A stretch of DNA of 64,000 nucleotides from Crocinitomicaceae bacterium (GCA_028689775.1 JAQVCM010000011.1:87077-151076), one strand, 5' to 3'. Shown: positions 41,253-53,228, counted from the first letter of the stretch. The notes: generated by a model not told the origin, from the letters alone. Numbers and translations: made by a program.

Positions 41253-41702
41253 TTGTATAAAATTCAAACAAATATGGAAGCAATAATTAAAACAAACAAA
41301 GGAGACATGAAAGTTACTTTCTACGACAAAGATGCTCCGAATACGGTTGCAAATTTCGTGAAATTAGCGAACGAAGGGTACTACAACGGATTGAGCTGGC
41401 ATAGAGTTCTTCCTGATTTCGTAATTCAAGGTGGATGTCCAAAAGGTGATGGAACTGGTGGACCAGGATACAAAATCGATTGCGAATTAACAGGTGAAAA
41501 CCAATATCACGATCGTGGCGTTTTATCCATGGCTCACGCAGGAAGAAATACGGGTGGATCTCAATTTTTCGTTTGCCACAGCAGAAATAACACAGCTCAC
41601 TTAGATAGAAATCATACTTGTTTCGGTAAAGTAATCGAAGGATTGGAAGTGATTGATGCAATCAAAGAAGGTGATAAAATTGAATCAATTACCGTTTTGT
41701 AG
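41253..41702 (+). CDS. ppiB: peptidyl-prolyl cis-trans isomerase, cyclophilin type
   Basis: Cyclophilin signatures VIQGG and GSQFFV. Confidence 0.9.
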   Translation: MYKIQTNMEAIIKTNKGDMKVTFYDKDAPNTVANFVKLANEGYYNGLSWHRVLPDFVIQGGCPKGDGTGGPGYKIDCELTGENQYHDRGVLSMAHAGRNTGGSQFFVCHSRNNTAHLDRNHTCFGKVIEGLEVIDAIKEGDKIESITVL

Positions 41703-41728
41703 GATTCACATAAAAATAAAAATCTTAA

Positions 41729-41764
41729 AACGGAGAAGATTGTTATCTTCTCCGTTTTTTTTAC
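41729..41764. terminator. bidirectional rho-independent terminator
   Basis: aacggagaagattgttatcttctccgtttttttt lies between the convergent ppiB (+) and T9SS gene (-). Confidence 0.6.
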
Positions 41765-43734
41765 CTCAAAATAGTTATAAATCCTTCTTGTGTTAATTCA
41801 CAAAAAGAATTCGGTTTAGTACAATGTGTTTTGATTTTGTAAAAATAAACCCCGTCCAGAAAACCTTCGCCATTCCACAAATCCGTTTTTCCTACGGGTA
41901 AATTATCGTCGTATCGGTAGACTTCACTCCCCCAACGGTTGAAGATGCTTAATTCAGAATGAACAGGTAAGTTAACCGAAATGCTGAATACATCATGAAT
42001 TCCATCGCCATTTGGTGTGAAAACATTGGGCAAGCTTATTATTAAAGAATCATAGACAAAAATCGATTGATAAGCTGTATCTGAACATCCAATCGCCGTG
42101 TCCCAACCAATGAGTTCAACCAAGTAATTACCTGTTTCTGACAATAAAATGGACGAAACATTGCTCCCAATAAACTCATTATTAAGATACCATTCAAAAT
42201 TAGTTGCGTTGAATGACGTATTCTGTAAGTTTACTTCTAACGGAGGAGGTCCGCTCAAAGGTGTAGCAAAAAAACTCACTTCTGTCGAATTTATTTCTGG
42301 AACAAAAACGGTGGTATCTGTACTGTAGCAACCATTCTTATGGAGCACTCGAAAAGTATAAAACCCAGAACTTAATGCATCGAAATAATTAAGACTGGTT
42401 GTCGCGCCTCCAACAAGTGTGTAGGAAACTATGTTTTGCATGTTAGGGAACGACACTTTGCCTGTATTGGATCCACATTCTGAAGGAGTGATGACGATGT
42501 TTCCAAACTCAGTTTTAGGAAGCACATTGATTTTCAAAGGTTTTGAAACAAAACAACTGTCATTATTCCAGATTTTAACCGTGTAAAAAACACTTGTATC
42601 TGCAGTAAATACGGGATTAGGACAATTCGTGCAACTCAAACCCGTCGTAGGAAACCATTCATACGCTACACCTCCAGAAACATTTAATGACAATTGAGCT
42701 CCATAACACAAGGTAGTATCTCGCGGAACAGTAACAGGAAATGTATCGCAAAAAGTAGAATAGGTTAAAATTCCAGCGGTTACAGGATTGGTGTAATATG
42801 CGTAGCTTGTATTCGGTAATTCATGAACACAACTAAAGTAAAAATCGTTTGATGCATTCATGAGACTTTTTATATTCGCCAAAGCATCCGTACTATCCAT
42901 GATTAAGTCAGGCGTATCATCATCTAACCCTTCCAGTATTCCATTTGAGTATCGAAAATGACCACGTACACCAGTTCCATAATATGGAAATGAACTGGAG
43001 TCAATTCCTCCGATTTTCCCTAGAAACTGACCATTAAATGAAACGTTAGATCCATCACCATTCATAAAATTCATTACACTCCCTACCATTGCAAATCCAA
43101 CGTCTTTAGAATTGTCATGCGGAATGAGATCAACAGATTCAGAAGCAGGTATTTGTAAATTCACATCAGTATCTCCCGTATTTAAAACAATCGAATAAGC
43201 CGTTAAATCACTGGAATTATCCAAGCATTCAACAATCATATATAAAGCTAATACATTATTTTTAAAATCTTTTGGAAGAATTCTAAAATCAACAAGCCCC
43301 AAACTATTACACTGAAAATCAAAACTTAAAAAATGTAAATAGTAAACAAATTTATTATTTACAAAAGGCCATGGTCCAAATCGTGAAGTAATTATGGATT
43401 CTGAATTAAAAGTCAATGAATTGTTATTTATTTTGAAATTAATTGGAATAGAACTTATAGAATCATGCGTTTTAGACTCAATTGCTAATACGTATACATT
43501 CCCAATTTCTGCACATGTTGAACAATCGAAATAAACTTGTCCTAGTACTGTATCATTACTAACTCCTGCGCCCCAACCCAGTCCTACAACGGAGCCTCTG
43601 ATTATATTCGAAATCACTTGATTTTGTTGTGAAAAAGAGAAATTAAAAGAAATTAAAAACAGGAAAATAGCAAAATACCTGCTACTAATGGTAGTAGATA
43701 TCAATTTTACATATTTTCCTGTTTTTGCTGACAT
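41761..43734 (-). CDS. gliding motility-associated C-terminal domain (T9SS type B CTD) protein
   Basis: C-terminal NVFTPNGDGIHDVF...GVYFYKI motif of CHU_C/type-B sorting domains. Large beta-rich N-terminal region. Confidence 0.6.
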   Translation of the reverse strand: MSAKTGKYVKLISTTISSRYFAIFLFLISFNFSFSQQNQVISNIIRGSVVGLGWGAGVSNDTVLGQVYFDCSTCAEIGNVYVLAIESKTHDSISSIPINFKINNNSLTFNSESIITSRFGPWPFVNNKFVYYLHFLSFDFQCNSLGLVDFRILPKDFKNNVLALYMIVECLDNSSDLTAYSIVLNTGDTDVNLQIPASESVDLIPHDNSKDVGFAMVGSVMNFMNGDGSNVSFNGQFLGKIGGIDSSSFPYYGTGVRGHFRYSNGILEGLDDDTPDLIMDSTDALANIKSLMNASNDFYFSCVHELPNTSYAYYTNPVTAGILTYSTFCDTFPVTVPRDTTLCYGAQLSLNVSGGVAYEWFPTTGLSCTNCPNPVFTADTSVFYTVKIWNNDSCFVSKPLKINVLPKTEFGNIVITPSECGSNTGKVSFPNMQNIVSYTLVGGATTSLNYFDALSSGFYTFRVLHKNGCYSTDTTVFVPEINSTEVSFFATPLSGPPPLEVNLQNTSFNATNFEWYLNNEFIGSNVSSILLSETGNYLVELIGWDTAIGCSDTAYQSIFVYDSLIISLPNVFTPNGDGIHDVFSISVNLPVHSELSIFNRWGSEVYRYDDNLPVGKTDLWNGEGFLDGVYFYKIKTHCTKPNSFCELTQEGFITILR

Positions 43735-43745
43735 TTTTACAATTG

Positions 43746-46675
43746 TTATTCAATTACTAATTGTTTTGCATCTTTTACTTCACCGTCGCAAATTAATACA
43801 ACCGTATAAATTCCAGAAGAAAAGTCGGATAAATCGATTGTTAACACGCTTGAGGTACAATCTAAAATGAAATTATTAAAGCCCAATGGATTTTGACTAT
43901 TTACGATTGATAAATATGCTGAAGACGCCTCTGTAATTTGATACTCAATTTTTAAATTAGTGCTTGTAGGATTTGGAGAAAGTGATTTAATATAAAATGG
44001 GTTCACTTTTACTTCTATTTCATCATAATCTTTTACGCCATCTATATTTGCAATAATTTCTAATTTATATTTTTGAGTTATTTCAGGTGTAGCACTAAAT
44101 GAATTCCCTGAATAAATGAGATTTCCATCCTTGTCATACCAATTATATTCAGCATCTTCTTGAATCGTTTTGGCATTTAACGTGGTAGATTCTCCTTGTT
44201 TAATTAATATATCATCGCCTGCATCTGCTTCAAATGGATTTCTTGCATATTTAGTAATATAGTAATGAACCGAACCAGTCCAGTGCTCTCCTATTATAGG
44301 ATCATCATTTGAATACTTTTGAATAACACGATATCCAAAAGTGTTCTTTTCTGTTAACTCTTTCGACAGAAAACTATACCCGAAATAAATAGAAATTCGC
44401 TGATTAGAAGCAAATGGAATATTATTAAACATAACACTATCAGACAATAATTGAATCTTGTTCTCACCAATTATTTTTATATCAGATCGGTCCATGAAGT
44501 TGGGATAAAATAAATTCCATCCTAAATCATCAAACAACAAGGTAACTTCCGCTTCGTCGGTTAGTGATTTTCCAGGCTCACCAGAAGGTTTACAAAAAAT
44601 AATGTCATGATTAAAAGCTTCATCACGCACATTACCTACTGTTACAAAATCCCCAAATGGATATTGTATTCCATTTATAATAGGTTGTTTAATGTTTGGA
44701 TAAATATCATGGATAAATACATTCCGCATGGCTATGTTATTATTTTGATAAACATCTTGTGCTGCATCACCAACATGAACGGTTATGGGATCTTCAACTG
44801 AGTTTTCAATTCTTGCCATAAGACAGTGACCTACATTCTGGTGTGGTGCCCAAGGAAATTCTATGACAATAGATTCTCCAGGAGATAAAGTAGGTATGAT
44901 TTGAGTACCTATTATTGCTCCATAACCATTTTGATCAGTTCCATCCCAATTTCCCGGCCAACTCGAATTAGTGGCAGCAATAGACCTGTATAATCTTAAA
45001 ACTTCTGAACCTAATGAAGGAGTACATCCTCTATTTCCCACTCTCACATATACGTAGAATGAATCCTGAGGATTAAATTCGAAGGATAATGCTTCATGAA
45101 ATTGATTTTCTAAAATAAACCCATCAGGATTGTTGCGAACCCAAATATCAGGACTTTCATCAAAATCCCATGTAAATTGATATCCTGCGTTAGATCCTAC
45201 ATCATTGAAACGATCTCTCATGTATAAATCTACACCTGGGTTTATGCTCAATGATGCAACCTCGACGGCTTTATGCGCATTTACTCTCCCATATCCAAGC
45301 ATTTGCGATTTACCAGGAATAGTTGGAATGAAATCATAATAATATCCACCAACTTTATCGGCAGTAGAAGTAAGTATGTCCTTAATTTCTCGAGCACCGA
45401 GACAAGGATTTTGGGTAAGCATTAATGCTGCCATACCACTAACTAAAGGAGCGGAAAAAGAAGTTCGGTCATATTGATGATAAGAATTCGGATCTTCTGT
45501 TGTCCAAATTGCACTGGCAGGTGCAGCTAAATCTAGCCCACTCCCGTAACTTGAAGCAGAATGTTTTTCATCATTGTAAGTAGTACCTCCAACTCCAATT
45601 ACAAGGGGGTGTACCGCCGGATAACTTAAAACTGGACTGTTACTATTACCTGCTGCAGCAATAATAATCACATTATTATGATATGCATCTTCTATTGCGT
45701 CTTGTAATTCCAAACTTGGTCCGTAGCTAAAACTCATATTGATAATTCTTGCATTCATATCTATAGAATATTCAATGGCTTCAGCAATTGCTTGAGTGAA
45801 TGAAATGCCACATAAAAGTAATTTACAGCCCGATCCATTCCACCCGCCAGCTACTCCAGAAATACCTTTCATATTATGAGTCTTCGCAGATATAACGCCA
45901 CTAACTCGCGTTCCGTGAACAGCATTCATCTTTGTGTTATTTGTATCCTCTCCAAAATGGTACCCCTTCCAATCATCTATGTATCCATTCCCATCATTAT
46001 CTATACCGTCTCCTGTAGATGGGTCATTTGGATTACTCCAATCGTCTTCCCCGTCATTTAGAAAGATATTTTGATAACCATCACTTCCCATCCCTAAATC
46101 TTCATGACTCCAGTCTATTCCATCATCTAACACAGATACAATAATAGGGCTACCTAATCCAGTTTCTATTTCCACGCGTCGTACATGTTAATTTTGTCAA
46201 AATACCACGAACTTGTTGATACTGGGTCATTTGATAACTGTCCTGTCGGTTGATGATAGGAAGGTATATCTACTGCCAATATTAAAGTATTCAAGCTCAG
46301 ATTTCTAGCAAAATCTATAATTGATTCTTGATTCAACGCAATTTCATAATGATACCAACCTATTTTCAACTTTTCAGTTCGAGTTAAATTTAGCGCGTTT
46401 TCAACATTTACAATTTGAGCACTCGTAGCTGAGCTTTTATATTTTACTGAAATTTTATCAGTAGTGACTACGTAAAATTGATTGGTATTGGGATTTTTAA
46501 CTTTCCACACTTGATTAACTAAATGATATTGAAATCCATTAAATGATTCAATAATTTCTATCTGACCAGGTAATTGATTGCTCTGAGCTTTTACGCTCAG
46601 AATATTTACAAACAAAATAACGTTCAATAAAATAAATTTATTCTTGATTCCCAAAAAGACATATAATATTCTCAT
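43746..46675 (-). pseudogene. S8-family subtilisin-like serine peptidase with T9SS type-A CTD, split by a frameshift near 46166-46177
   Basis: The 169-aa upstream ORF (signal peptide, propeptide ...YDAWK) and the 809-aa ORF (..TGLGSPIIVSVLDDGID Asp box, HGT His box, SGTSFSAP Ser box, C-terminal por tail) are contiguous parts of one subtilase in two frames overlapping by 10 nt. Confidence 0.6.
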
Positions 46676-46861
46676 AATTAATTCAAGTTAGATTAAAACC
46701 ATTATTCAATTCACAGCAAGTTAAGAGAAAAATGTGATTTAATAGTTAATATTTAAACTGCTATATCATAAACGTTTGATTATCAGTAATAGTTGCTCAT
46801 TGTCTTGTTTTTCAATATAATTAATTTTTCTAAGACAACTAATTTCAAATTTGTAAAACAT

Positions 46862-46900
46862 AAAAAAGCCTGAAACATCAATGTTTCAGGCTTTTTTATG
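46862..46900. terminator. rho-independent terminator downstream of the djlA-like gene
   Basis: aaaaagcctgaaacatcaatgtttcaggctttttta is a 12-bp stem with flanking A/T runs. Confidence 0.55.
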
Positions 46901-46948
46901 TGATGGAATTTGGTTACTATAAAAGATTAAAAATGAAAATAATCTCGA

Positions 46949-47767
46949 TTATTTAATCCCTTTAACCTTCTTCAAGTTATCGTAGGCATCTTGCACCTTC
47001 TGGAATTTCTCCTTCGCTCCTTTCTGATATTCTTCGCCCATTTGCGCTACTTTATCTGGGTGATAGCGAATGGCCATCATGCGGTATGCTTTTTTGATTT
47101 CGTCGTCTGTTGCATTTTGTTCAATTCCAAGTACTTTGAAATCAGAATCTACGCTTCGGTAGAACATTCCTTTCACACTTTCAAAATCTCTGGAGGAAAT
47201 TCCAAGTAAGGTTGCTATTCTTCTGATCACCATTAATTCAGTTTCGGAAACAACGCCATCCGCTTTCGCAATTCCAAATAAATAATGCAACAACTGAACG
47301 CGAACCTCTTCTTTCGTTCGCATTTGAATGTCTCTACAAATTTGTTCTAAAGGAATGTCGTCTGAATCTAAGAAATTCTTTAACGCTTGTAAATGATTTG
47401 AAGAAAATTGTGGTCCGAATTGTTGTTTAAAAAATGATTTCACATAATCCAATTCAACTTTCAAAACCTTTCCATCAGCACGCATTACGGCTGCTGATAA
47501 AGCAATCAACATCGTTGTAAAATCGGTATTAGAGGAAGTTCGTTGTTGGTAATAAGAAAACAAATCATCAGCTGAATAATGCCTTTTATTACCTTGCTGT
47601 GAATTGGTTGCTTTCGATGGTGCGATTAAATTATCGATGTAACCACCAATAAAAAACCCGAAAATAGCGCCTGAAATACTTTTATTTAGAAGGAAATATC
47701 CTGCAACGGCTCCGATTAATTTAAACAAACTTTTAATTTTTAGGATCTTTTCATTCAAAAAGATCAA
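46949..47767 (-). CDS. DjlA-like co-chaperone (TM anchor, TerB-like domain, C-terminal J domain)
   Basis: C-terminal J domain with HPD ([12 protein letters not shown]). N-terminal TM helices. Located immediately downstream of htpG. Confidence 0.6.
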   Translation of the reverse strand: MIFLNEKILKIKSLFKLIGAVAGYFLLNKSISGAIFGFFIGGYIDNLIAPSKATNSQQGNKRHYSADDLFSYYQQRTSSNTDFTTMLIALSAAVMRADGKVLKVELDYVKSFFKQQFGPQFSSNHLQALKNFLDSDDIPLEQICRDIQMRTKEEVRVQLLHYLFGIAKADGVVSETELMVIRRIATLLGISSRDFESVKGMFYRSVDSDFKVLGIEQNATDDEIKKAYRMMAIRYHPDKVAQMGEEYQKGAKEKFQKVQDAYDNLKKVKGIK

Positions 47768-47840
47768 TTTTTCTCAAAGATAGTTTTTTGCCTTGGAATT
47801 AAGTCTCCAAGGCAAAAAACGTTTCTAATTTTATATTAAT

Positions 47841-49745
47841 TTACACTAATTCAATGCTGCGTTCGATGAATTTACTCAAAGCTTCACCTTTCAGCATTCC
47901 TTGTGAAAGCATTGCTAAATCAGTCAATTGTTTTACTTTTTCAACGCGAACTTGCTCGTCTGTATTTACTAAAATTTCACCAACTTTTGGGTGATTGCTA
48001 TTCACAACCAATTGGTAAGATTCTGGAAAAGCTCCGAAGAATCCTGCGCCACCCATTTTTTGTTGCTCCATCATTCGACGAATGAATTCTGGCTGCGTTA
48101 CAATGATTGGTGCTTCTGTCTCACTCATGCTTGCAAATTCAACTTTGAATTTCTCTTTGTTGACAGCGCCTTCAAAAATAACTTTCAATTTTTCCTCGTC
48201 ATCTTTCGATAATTTAGAAGGAATTTCTTCGTCTTTCTTGATCAAGTTGTCCAAAGTGTCTGAATCCACACGTGCGAAAGTCAAATCTCCTTCGTCTTGT
48301 TCCATTTTAGAAACCCAGTGCGGAACCAACGGTCCGTCCAATTCCAATACATCGTACGAACGATCTTTTGCCGCTTTCACAAATCCGTATTGTGCGTCTT
48401 TGTCGTTGGTGTACAAAGCAACTACTTTCTTGTCTTTATCCGTTTGAAGTGTCGCAATTTTTTCTTTGTATTCCGCAAGCGTATAATACTTTCCGTCCGT
48501 TGATTTCACCAAAGAGAATGCTTTTGCTTTTTCTGCAAATTTATCATCTGAAAGCGTTCCGTATTCTACGAATATTTTCAAATCTTCCCATTTTGACTCA
48601 AAATCAGCACGGTCTTTCTTGAACATTTCTGCTAATTTATCCGCAACTTTTTTGGTAATGTGACTCGAAATCTTTTTCACATTGCTATCGCTTTGCAAAT
48701 AAGAACGAGATACGTTTAATGGAATATCTGGCGAGTCAATCACTCCGTGAAGTAAGGTCAAAAATTCAGGTACGATTTCAGAAACACTGTCCGTAATGAA
48801 AACTTGATTACTGTATAAATTGATTTTATTTTTCTGAACTTCTACGTTTTCCTTGATTCTCGGGAAATATAAAATTCCGGTCAAGTTGAACGGGTAATCT
48901 ACATTCAAGTGAATGTGGAACAATGGATCTTCGAAAGACATTGGATACAATTCTCTGTAAAAAGAATTGTAATCTTCTGTCGTCAAATCTGCTGGTGCTT
49001 TCGTCCAAGCTGGTGCTGGATTGTTCACTTGATTTGGAACGTCAATCGCAACGCGTTTTACTTTTCCTGCATCGTCTTTTTCGCCTTCTGGAGAATCAAT
49101 GTATTCCGTTTTATTCCCAAAAATGATTGGAATTGGTAAGAATTTACAATATTTATCTAAAATCCCTTGAATTCTTGCTTTTTCTAAAAACTCGATGGAT
49201 TCTTCGTTGATGTATAAAACGATGTCCGTTCCTCGGTCTGCTTTTTCAATTTCCGTAATCGTATATTCTGGCGAACCGTTACTTTCCCACATCACCGCTT
49301 GCGAACCAGCGTGTCTTGAAAGTGTTCTAATCTCCACTTTTTCAGAAACCATGAACGCGGAGTAAAAACCTAATCCGAAGTGACCGATGATGCTCTCTGC
49401 TCCTTCTTTTCCTTCGTATTGTTTTACAAACTCTTCAGCTCCTGAAAATGCAATTTGGTTGATGTATTTATCAATCTCGTCGCTCGTCATTCCGATACCA
49501 CGATCCGAAATCGTCAATGTTTTAGCTGCTTTGTCTAAAATCACGCGAACTTGCAATTCACCGATTTCACCTTTAAATTCTCCTGTTGCTGCAAGCACTT
49601 TCACTTTTTGAGAAGCATCCACTGCGTTTGAAACCAATTCTCTCAAAAAGATTTCGTGGTCTGAATACAAGAATTTTTTAATGATCGGAAAGATGTTCTC
49701 CGTCTGCACATTAATTTGACCTTTTTTTACCTGACCTGTTTCCAT
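47841..49745 (-). CDS. htpG: molecular chaperone HtpG (Hsp90); start placed at the internal Met (METGQ..) of the longer ORF
   Basis: GHKL ATPase N-box (ELVSNAVDA), G-boxes, and full-length similarity to Hsp90. The 14-aa upstream extension is unlikely to be real. Confidence 0.9.
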   Translation of the reverse strand: METGQVKKGQINVQTENIFPIIKKFLYSDHEIFLRELVSNAVDASQKVKVLAATGEFKGEIGELQVRVILDKAAKTLTISDRGIGMTSDEIDKYINQIAFSGAEEFVKQYEGKEGAESIIGHFGLGFYSAFMVSEKVEIRTLSRHAGSQAVMWESNGSPEYTITEIEKADRGTDIVLYINEESIEFLEKARIQGILDKYCKFLPIPIIFGNKTEYIDSPEGEKDDAGKVKRVAIDVPNQVNNPAPAWTKAPADLTTEDYNSFYRELYPMSFEDPLFHIHLNVDYPFNLTGILYFPRIKENVEVQKNKINLYSNQVFITDSVSEIVPEFLTLLHGVIDSPDIPLNVSRSYLQSDSNVKKISSHITKKVADKLAEMFKKDRADFESKWEDLKIFVEYGTLSDDKFAEKAKAFSLVKSTDGKYYTLAEYKEKIATLQTDKDKKVVALYTNDKDAQYGFVKAAKDRSYDVLELDGPLVPHWVSKMEQDEGDLTFARVDSDTLDNLIKKDEEIPSKLSKDDEEKLKVIFEGAVNKEKFKVEFASMSETEAPIIVTQPEFIRRMMEQQKMGGAGFFGAFPESYQLVVNSNHPKVGEILVNTDEQVRVEKVKQLTDLAMLSQGMLKGEALSKFIERSIELV

Positions 49746-49932
49746 TTTTATGTTGATTTTAATATATAATTTATGCGTTTCGAGCACTTTGCTGTTACCC
49801 CATTCTCAATGACTATGCCAATGGATTTCAGGTGACAAAATGTCGGAAATTGAGCGTCTGTTGTCAGCCAAAAATGTTAATATTTCTATAAAACGTTCAA
49901 TTCTAAAAAATTAAAGACGTATCTTCGATGTC

Positions 49933-50283
49933 ATGAAGAGAATTACATTCATTTTAATCCTGTTTATTTCCTTTGGATTTGTATCTAAAGACAGCTATAC
50001 CGCAACTGGTAAAGCCAGTTTTTACCACGTCAAATTTCAAGGTAAACGCACCGCTTCCGGTGAAGTTTTTGATCAGAATCAACTAACAGCAGCTCACAAA
50101 TCTCTCCCATTCGGAACGATGGTTGAAGTGCGAAACTTGAGCAACGATTCGATTGTCGTGGTAAAAATAAATGATCGATTAAGTCAAAAATCAGGTTTTT
50201 TAATTGATGTGAGTACCAAAGCAGCAAAGCATTTGAATTTCATCCGAAATGGACATGCAAAAGTGAGTGTTAAAGAGATTTGA
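49933..50283 (+). CDS. RlpA-like double-psi beta-barrel protein
   Basis: Signal peptide. GKASFYHVKFQGKRTASGE...AAHKSLPFGT..VEV DPBB motif of the septal-ring RlpA family. Confidence 0.65.
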   Translation: MKRITFILILFISFGFVSKDSYTATGKASFYHVKFQGKRTASGEVFDQNQLTAAHKSLPFGTMVEVRNLSNDSIVVVKINDRLSQKSGFLIDVSTKAAKHLNFIRNGHAKVSVKEI

Positions 50284-50432
50284 AGGTGGATCCGATCGGT
50301 ATCGGAGGGCAGATTAATTAAAGTTACCAGCTGCGTCATTGCTTTTGGCGAAATAGATCATCCACAACCGAACGCCGAACACAAGCTGCTTTATATTAAA
50401 CATTAGGAAGTAAATAGTATCCGCCCGACCAA

Positions 50433-50987
50433 CTACACATCCAAAGTTCCAGGAAACAAGTCTTGTAATTTGTTGCAAGGATAATCAGCGATGACTTCTA
50501 GTGTTTTGTTGAGCCACTTGTCGGGGTTCACGTTGTTGAGTTTGCAGCAGGCAAAAAATGTGTAGAACATAGCCGTTTTTTGTGCGCCGTTGTGTGAACC
50601 GGCAAAAAGGTAGTTTTTGCGACCGAGTGCAACGGGACGGATTTTATTTTCGATAGCATTGTTGTCGATATGATAGTTGCCATTTTCAAGATAGGTCATC
50701 AGACTAGCCCATAATTTAGTACAGTACTCAATAGCTTTTCCAATGAGTGATTTAGGTAAAACGGCATTTCGTTCGCGATGCATCCATTGGCCTAAATCGT
50801 TGATGATTGGAAGCGCTTCCTCCAGCCGGAGAGCATGTCGTTCTTCTGCCGATAAATCTGCTAATTTTCGCTCAATGGTATAAAGTTTTTGGATTTCCTG
50901 CAATACGTATGATCCTCGCTTTTTATCTTGTAGCAATGCTTTTTCAAAATATCTGCGTGCATGCGCCCAACAAGTAAGGCTTAAACG
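50433..50987 (-). mobile_element. IS66-family transposase remnant, C-terminal ~185 aa only
   Basis: CWAHARRYFEKA and YLENGNYHIDNNAIENKIRPVALGRKNYLFAGSHNGA match conserved IS66 TnpC motifs. The frame is closed by a stop at 50988-50990. No tnpA/tnpB or N-terminal part is present. Local GC is elevated. Confidence 0.8.
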
Positions 50988-51046
50988 CTACGCAGCTTTA
51001 GCGAAGTTGCGGTTTTAGCCTTACTTGTTACCCACTGGCTTTCTTT

Positions 51047-52102
51047 CTATTTATTATGACATCTTATACTTTCATTGGGATAATATTTTTTCTTTAACCA
51101 AAATGAAACTCGAACCAAAAAGATAAGAACTGGAACTTCAACTAATGGTCCAACTACACCCGCAAAAGCCTGTCCGGAATTTAGTCCAAATACTGCTATA
51201 GCAACAGCAATCGCCAATTCAAAGTTATTTCCTGCTGCCGTAAATGAGACGGCTGCATTTTCCTTATAGGAAGCTCCCAGTGCTTTAGTAAAGAAAAAAC
51301 TGATGACAAACATTAAACTAAAATACAAAATTAAAGGAACTGCAATAATTAAAACGTCCATTGGAATTTCAACAATTAACTCTCCTTTGAGCGAGAACAT
51401 TATCACAATGGTAAACAAAAGCGCAATTAGGGTTGATGGTGAAATGGTTGGAATAAACTTTTCTGTGTACCACATTTCTCCTTTTAACCTTACCAAAATC
51501 ACTCTACTTAAAATTCCCATTAAAAAGGGTAGTCCTAAATAGATTGCTACACTTTCTGCAACCGTAGCAATTGATATATCCACAATAGCCCCTTCAAATC
51601 CAAAATACGGTGGAAGAACCGTTATAAAAATCCAAGCATAGAAACTATAGGCAAAAACTTGAAAAATACTATTTAAAGCTACCAAGCCTGCTCCATATTC
51701 GCTATCTCCTTCAGCAAGGTCGTTCCAAACCAAAACCATTGCGATACAGCGAGCTAATCCGATTAAAATAACGCCTACCATATATTCTGGATAATCACGT
51801 AAAAAAGTAATTGCCAAAACAAACATTAAAACGGGGGCAATTATCCAATTTAGAAAAAGTGAAATGGAAAGAATTTTAGTGTTTCTAAAAACTTTTGGCA
51901 AAAGCGCATAATTCACTTTAGCCAAAGGTGGATACATCATTAAGATTAATCCTATGGCTATGGGAATGTTCGTGGTGCCTCGACTCATTGAATCAATAAT
52001 GCTTGGAAATGATGGGAAGAAATATCCGACTCCCACGCCCACGAGCATAGCAATAAATATCCATAGCGTTAAATAATTATTGAGAAAACTGATTTTTTTC
52101 AT
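51047..52102 (-). CDS. acr3: arsenite efflux transporter, ACR3 family
   Basis: Ten TM helices, the ACR3 N-terminal motif ([13 protein letters not shown]), and placement in the ars operon. Confidence 0.85.
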   Translation of the reverse strand: MKKISFLNNYLTLWIFIAMLVGVGVGYFFPSFPSIIDSMSRGTTNIPIAIGLILMMYPPLAKVNYALLPKVFRNTKILSISLFLNWIIAPVLMFVLAITFLRDYPEYMVGVILIGLARCIAMVLVWNDLAEGDSEYGAGLVALNSIFQVFAYSFYAWIFITVLPPYFGFEGAIVDISIATVAESVAIYLGLPFLMGILSRVILVRLKGEMWYTEKFIPTISPSTLIALLFTIVIMFSLKGELIVEIPMDVLIIAVPLILYFSLMFVISFFFTKALGASYKENAAVSFTAAGNNFELAIAVAIAVFGLNSGQAFAGVVGPLVEVPVLIFLVRVSFWLKKKYYPNESIRCHNK

Positions 52103-52115
52103 GTATTACTTCTAG

Positions 52116-52532
52116 TCAATTATCGAAAATGTCTTTTTGCTGCTCAATCACTCCGTTTATATTGCACGATAACTTTACCGTATTGTAGATTGTGCCAAAT
52201 TTTTCAATATTCTTTTTTAGCAATGGGATATTTAAATTTTCATCAGAACTGTAAATCGTTAGTCTGTAATCGATGTTATCCATTTTCAAAGGTTTTTCCA
52301 TTCGTTTAGCTGACACATTTACTGTGGCTTTTGAATAAGTAAACTTCATCATAGCAGAAAATCGCTCGACATTTTTTAGCATACACGAAGCAAAAGCTCC
52401 TAAAAAAAGCTCGGCAGGATTAGGTAAAGTTTCAGCAGATTTTGAAGTTGTTCCAAAAGCTATGTCATTTTGCTTTATTTGAATAGCAGCGTCTTTATTT
52501 GAAAAAGATGATGCCCTAATTTGGTATTCCAT
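52116..52532 (-). CDS. OsmC/Ohr-family protein
   Basis: 138 aa with the conserved Cys pair spacing (ASCM...LSCNI) of OsmC-like peroxiredoxins. Embedded in the ars operon. Confidence 0.45.
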   Translation of the reverse strand: MEYQIRASSFSNKDAAIQIKQNDIAFGTTSKSAETLPNPAELFLGAFASCMLKNVERFSAMMKFTYSKATVNVSAKRMEKPLKMDNIDYRLTIYSSDENLNIPLLKKNIEKFGTIYNTVKLSCNINGVIEQQKDIFDN

Positions 52533-52569
52533 AATTATATCTATTTTATATTAGTCGTTTTGAAAATAG

Positions 52570-53205
52570 TTAAGAAGCTTTTATCTGAGAGAAAACGTAA
52601 AACAGTTCTGTTGCAATTTGCAGACTTCTTTCATTATACTTTTCTGCCTGTTGTGGTGTATTGTCAAATGCTTTTGGGTCTTCAAAAGTTATAGGAATTC
52701 GTTTTTCTGCTCCGCTAACAAATGGACAGGCTTCGTTTGCTGAATCGCAAGTCATAATTGCAGCAAATTCAGATTTCGGGTTAAAATCATCATTCAATCT
52801 TTTTGAAAATCCGATTATTGGATGCTGGTTGTACGCATATTTAATACTGTAAATTGAGTTCTCGTTTTTTGAAATAGTTTTAATCTGAAAACCTGAATTT
52901 TGCAAAGTTTCTGCAACGATTGGAAAAAGTGCCGTACTTTCTGTTCCACCTGAATAACAGAATACATTTTTGATATTGAAATGATAAGCTAAAGTTTGTG
53001 CCCAAACCTGTGATAAATGACTTCTTCGTGAATTGTGAGTACAGATGAAGTTGATTCTGATATCTTGCTGATTTGAAACTTTAGACTGTATAAATTCCGT
53101 TAGTGGTTGTAAAATTGCCTTACGTTCAGTTGAAATTGTTTGAGGATTTAAGGCCTTGATTACTTGTTCAATTTCTGAAAACATTGTTGATTTTGTTATT
53201 GACAT
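52570..53205 (-). CDS. arsC: arsenate reductase, LMW-PTP type, with an N-terminal extension
   Basis: CX5R P-loop (FICTHNSRRS) and a downstream Cys pair (CDSANEACP) of thioredoxin-coupled ArsC. Confidence 0.7.
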   Translation of the reverse strand: MSITKSTMFSEIEQVIKALNPQTISTERKAILQPLTEFIQSKVSNQQDIRINFICTHNSRRSHLSQVWAQTLAYHFNIKNVFCYSGGTESTALFPIVAETLQNSGFQIKTISKNENSIYSIKYAYNQHPIIGFSKRLNDDFNPKSEFAAIMTCDSANEACPFVSGAEKRIPITFEDPKAFDNTPQQAEKYNERSLQIATELFYVFSQIKAS

Positions 53206-53228
53206 TTTCTTAATGTTAAATTATTATT

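Noticed and set aside
49746-49787. N-terminal 14-aa extension of htpG (MLETHKLYIKINIK)
   Set aside because: Hsp90 homologs begin near the METGQ.. Met, and the extension has no counterpart, so the longer ORF start is probably spurious.
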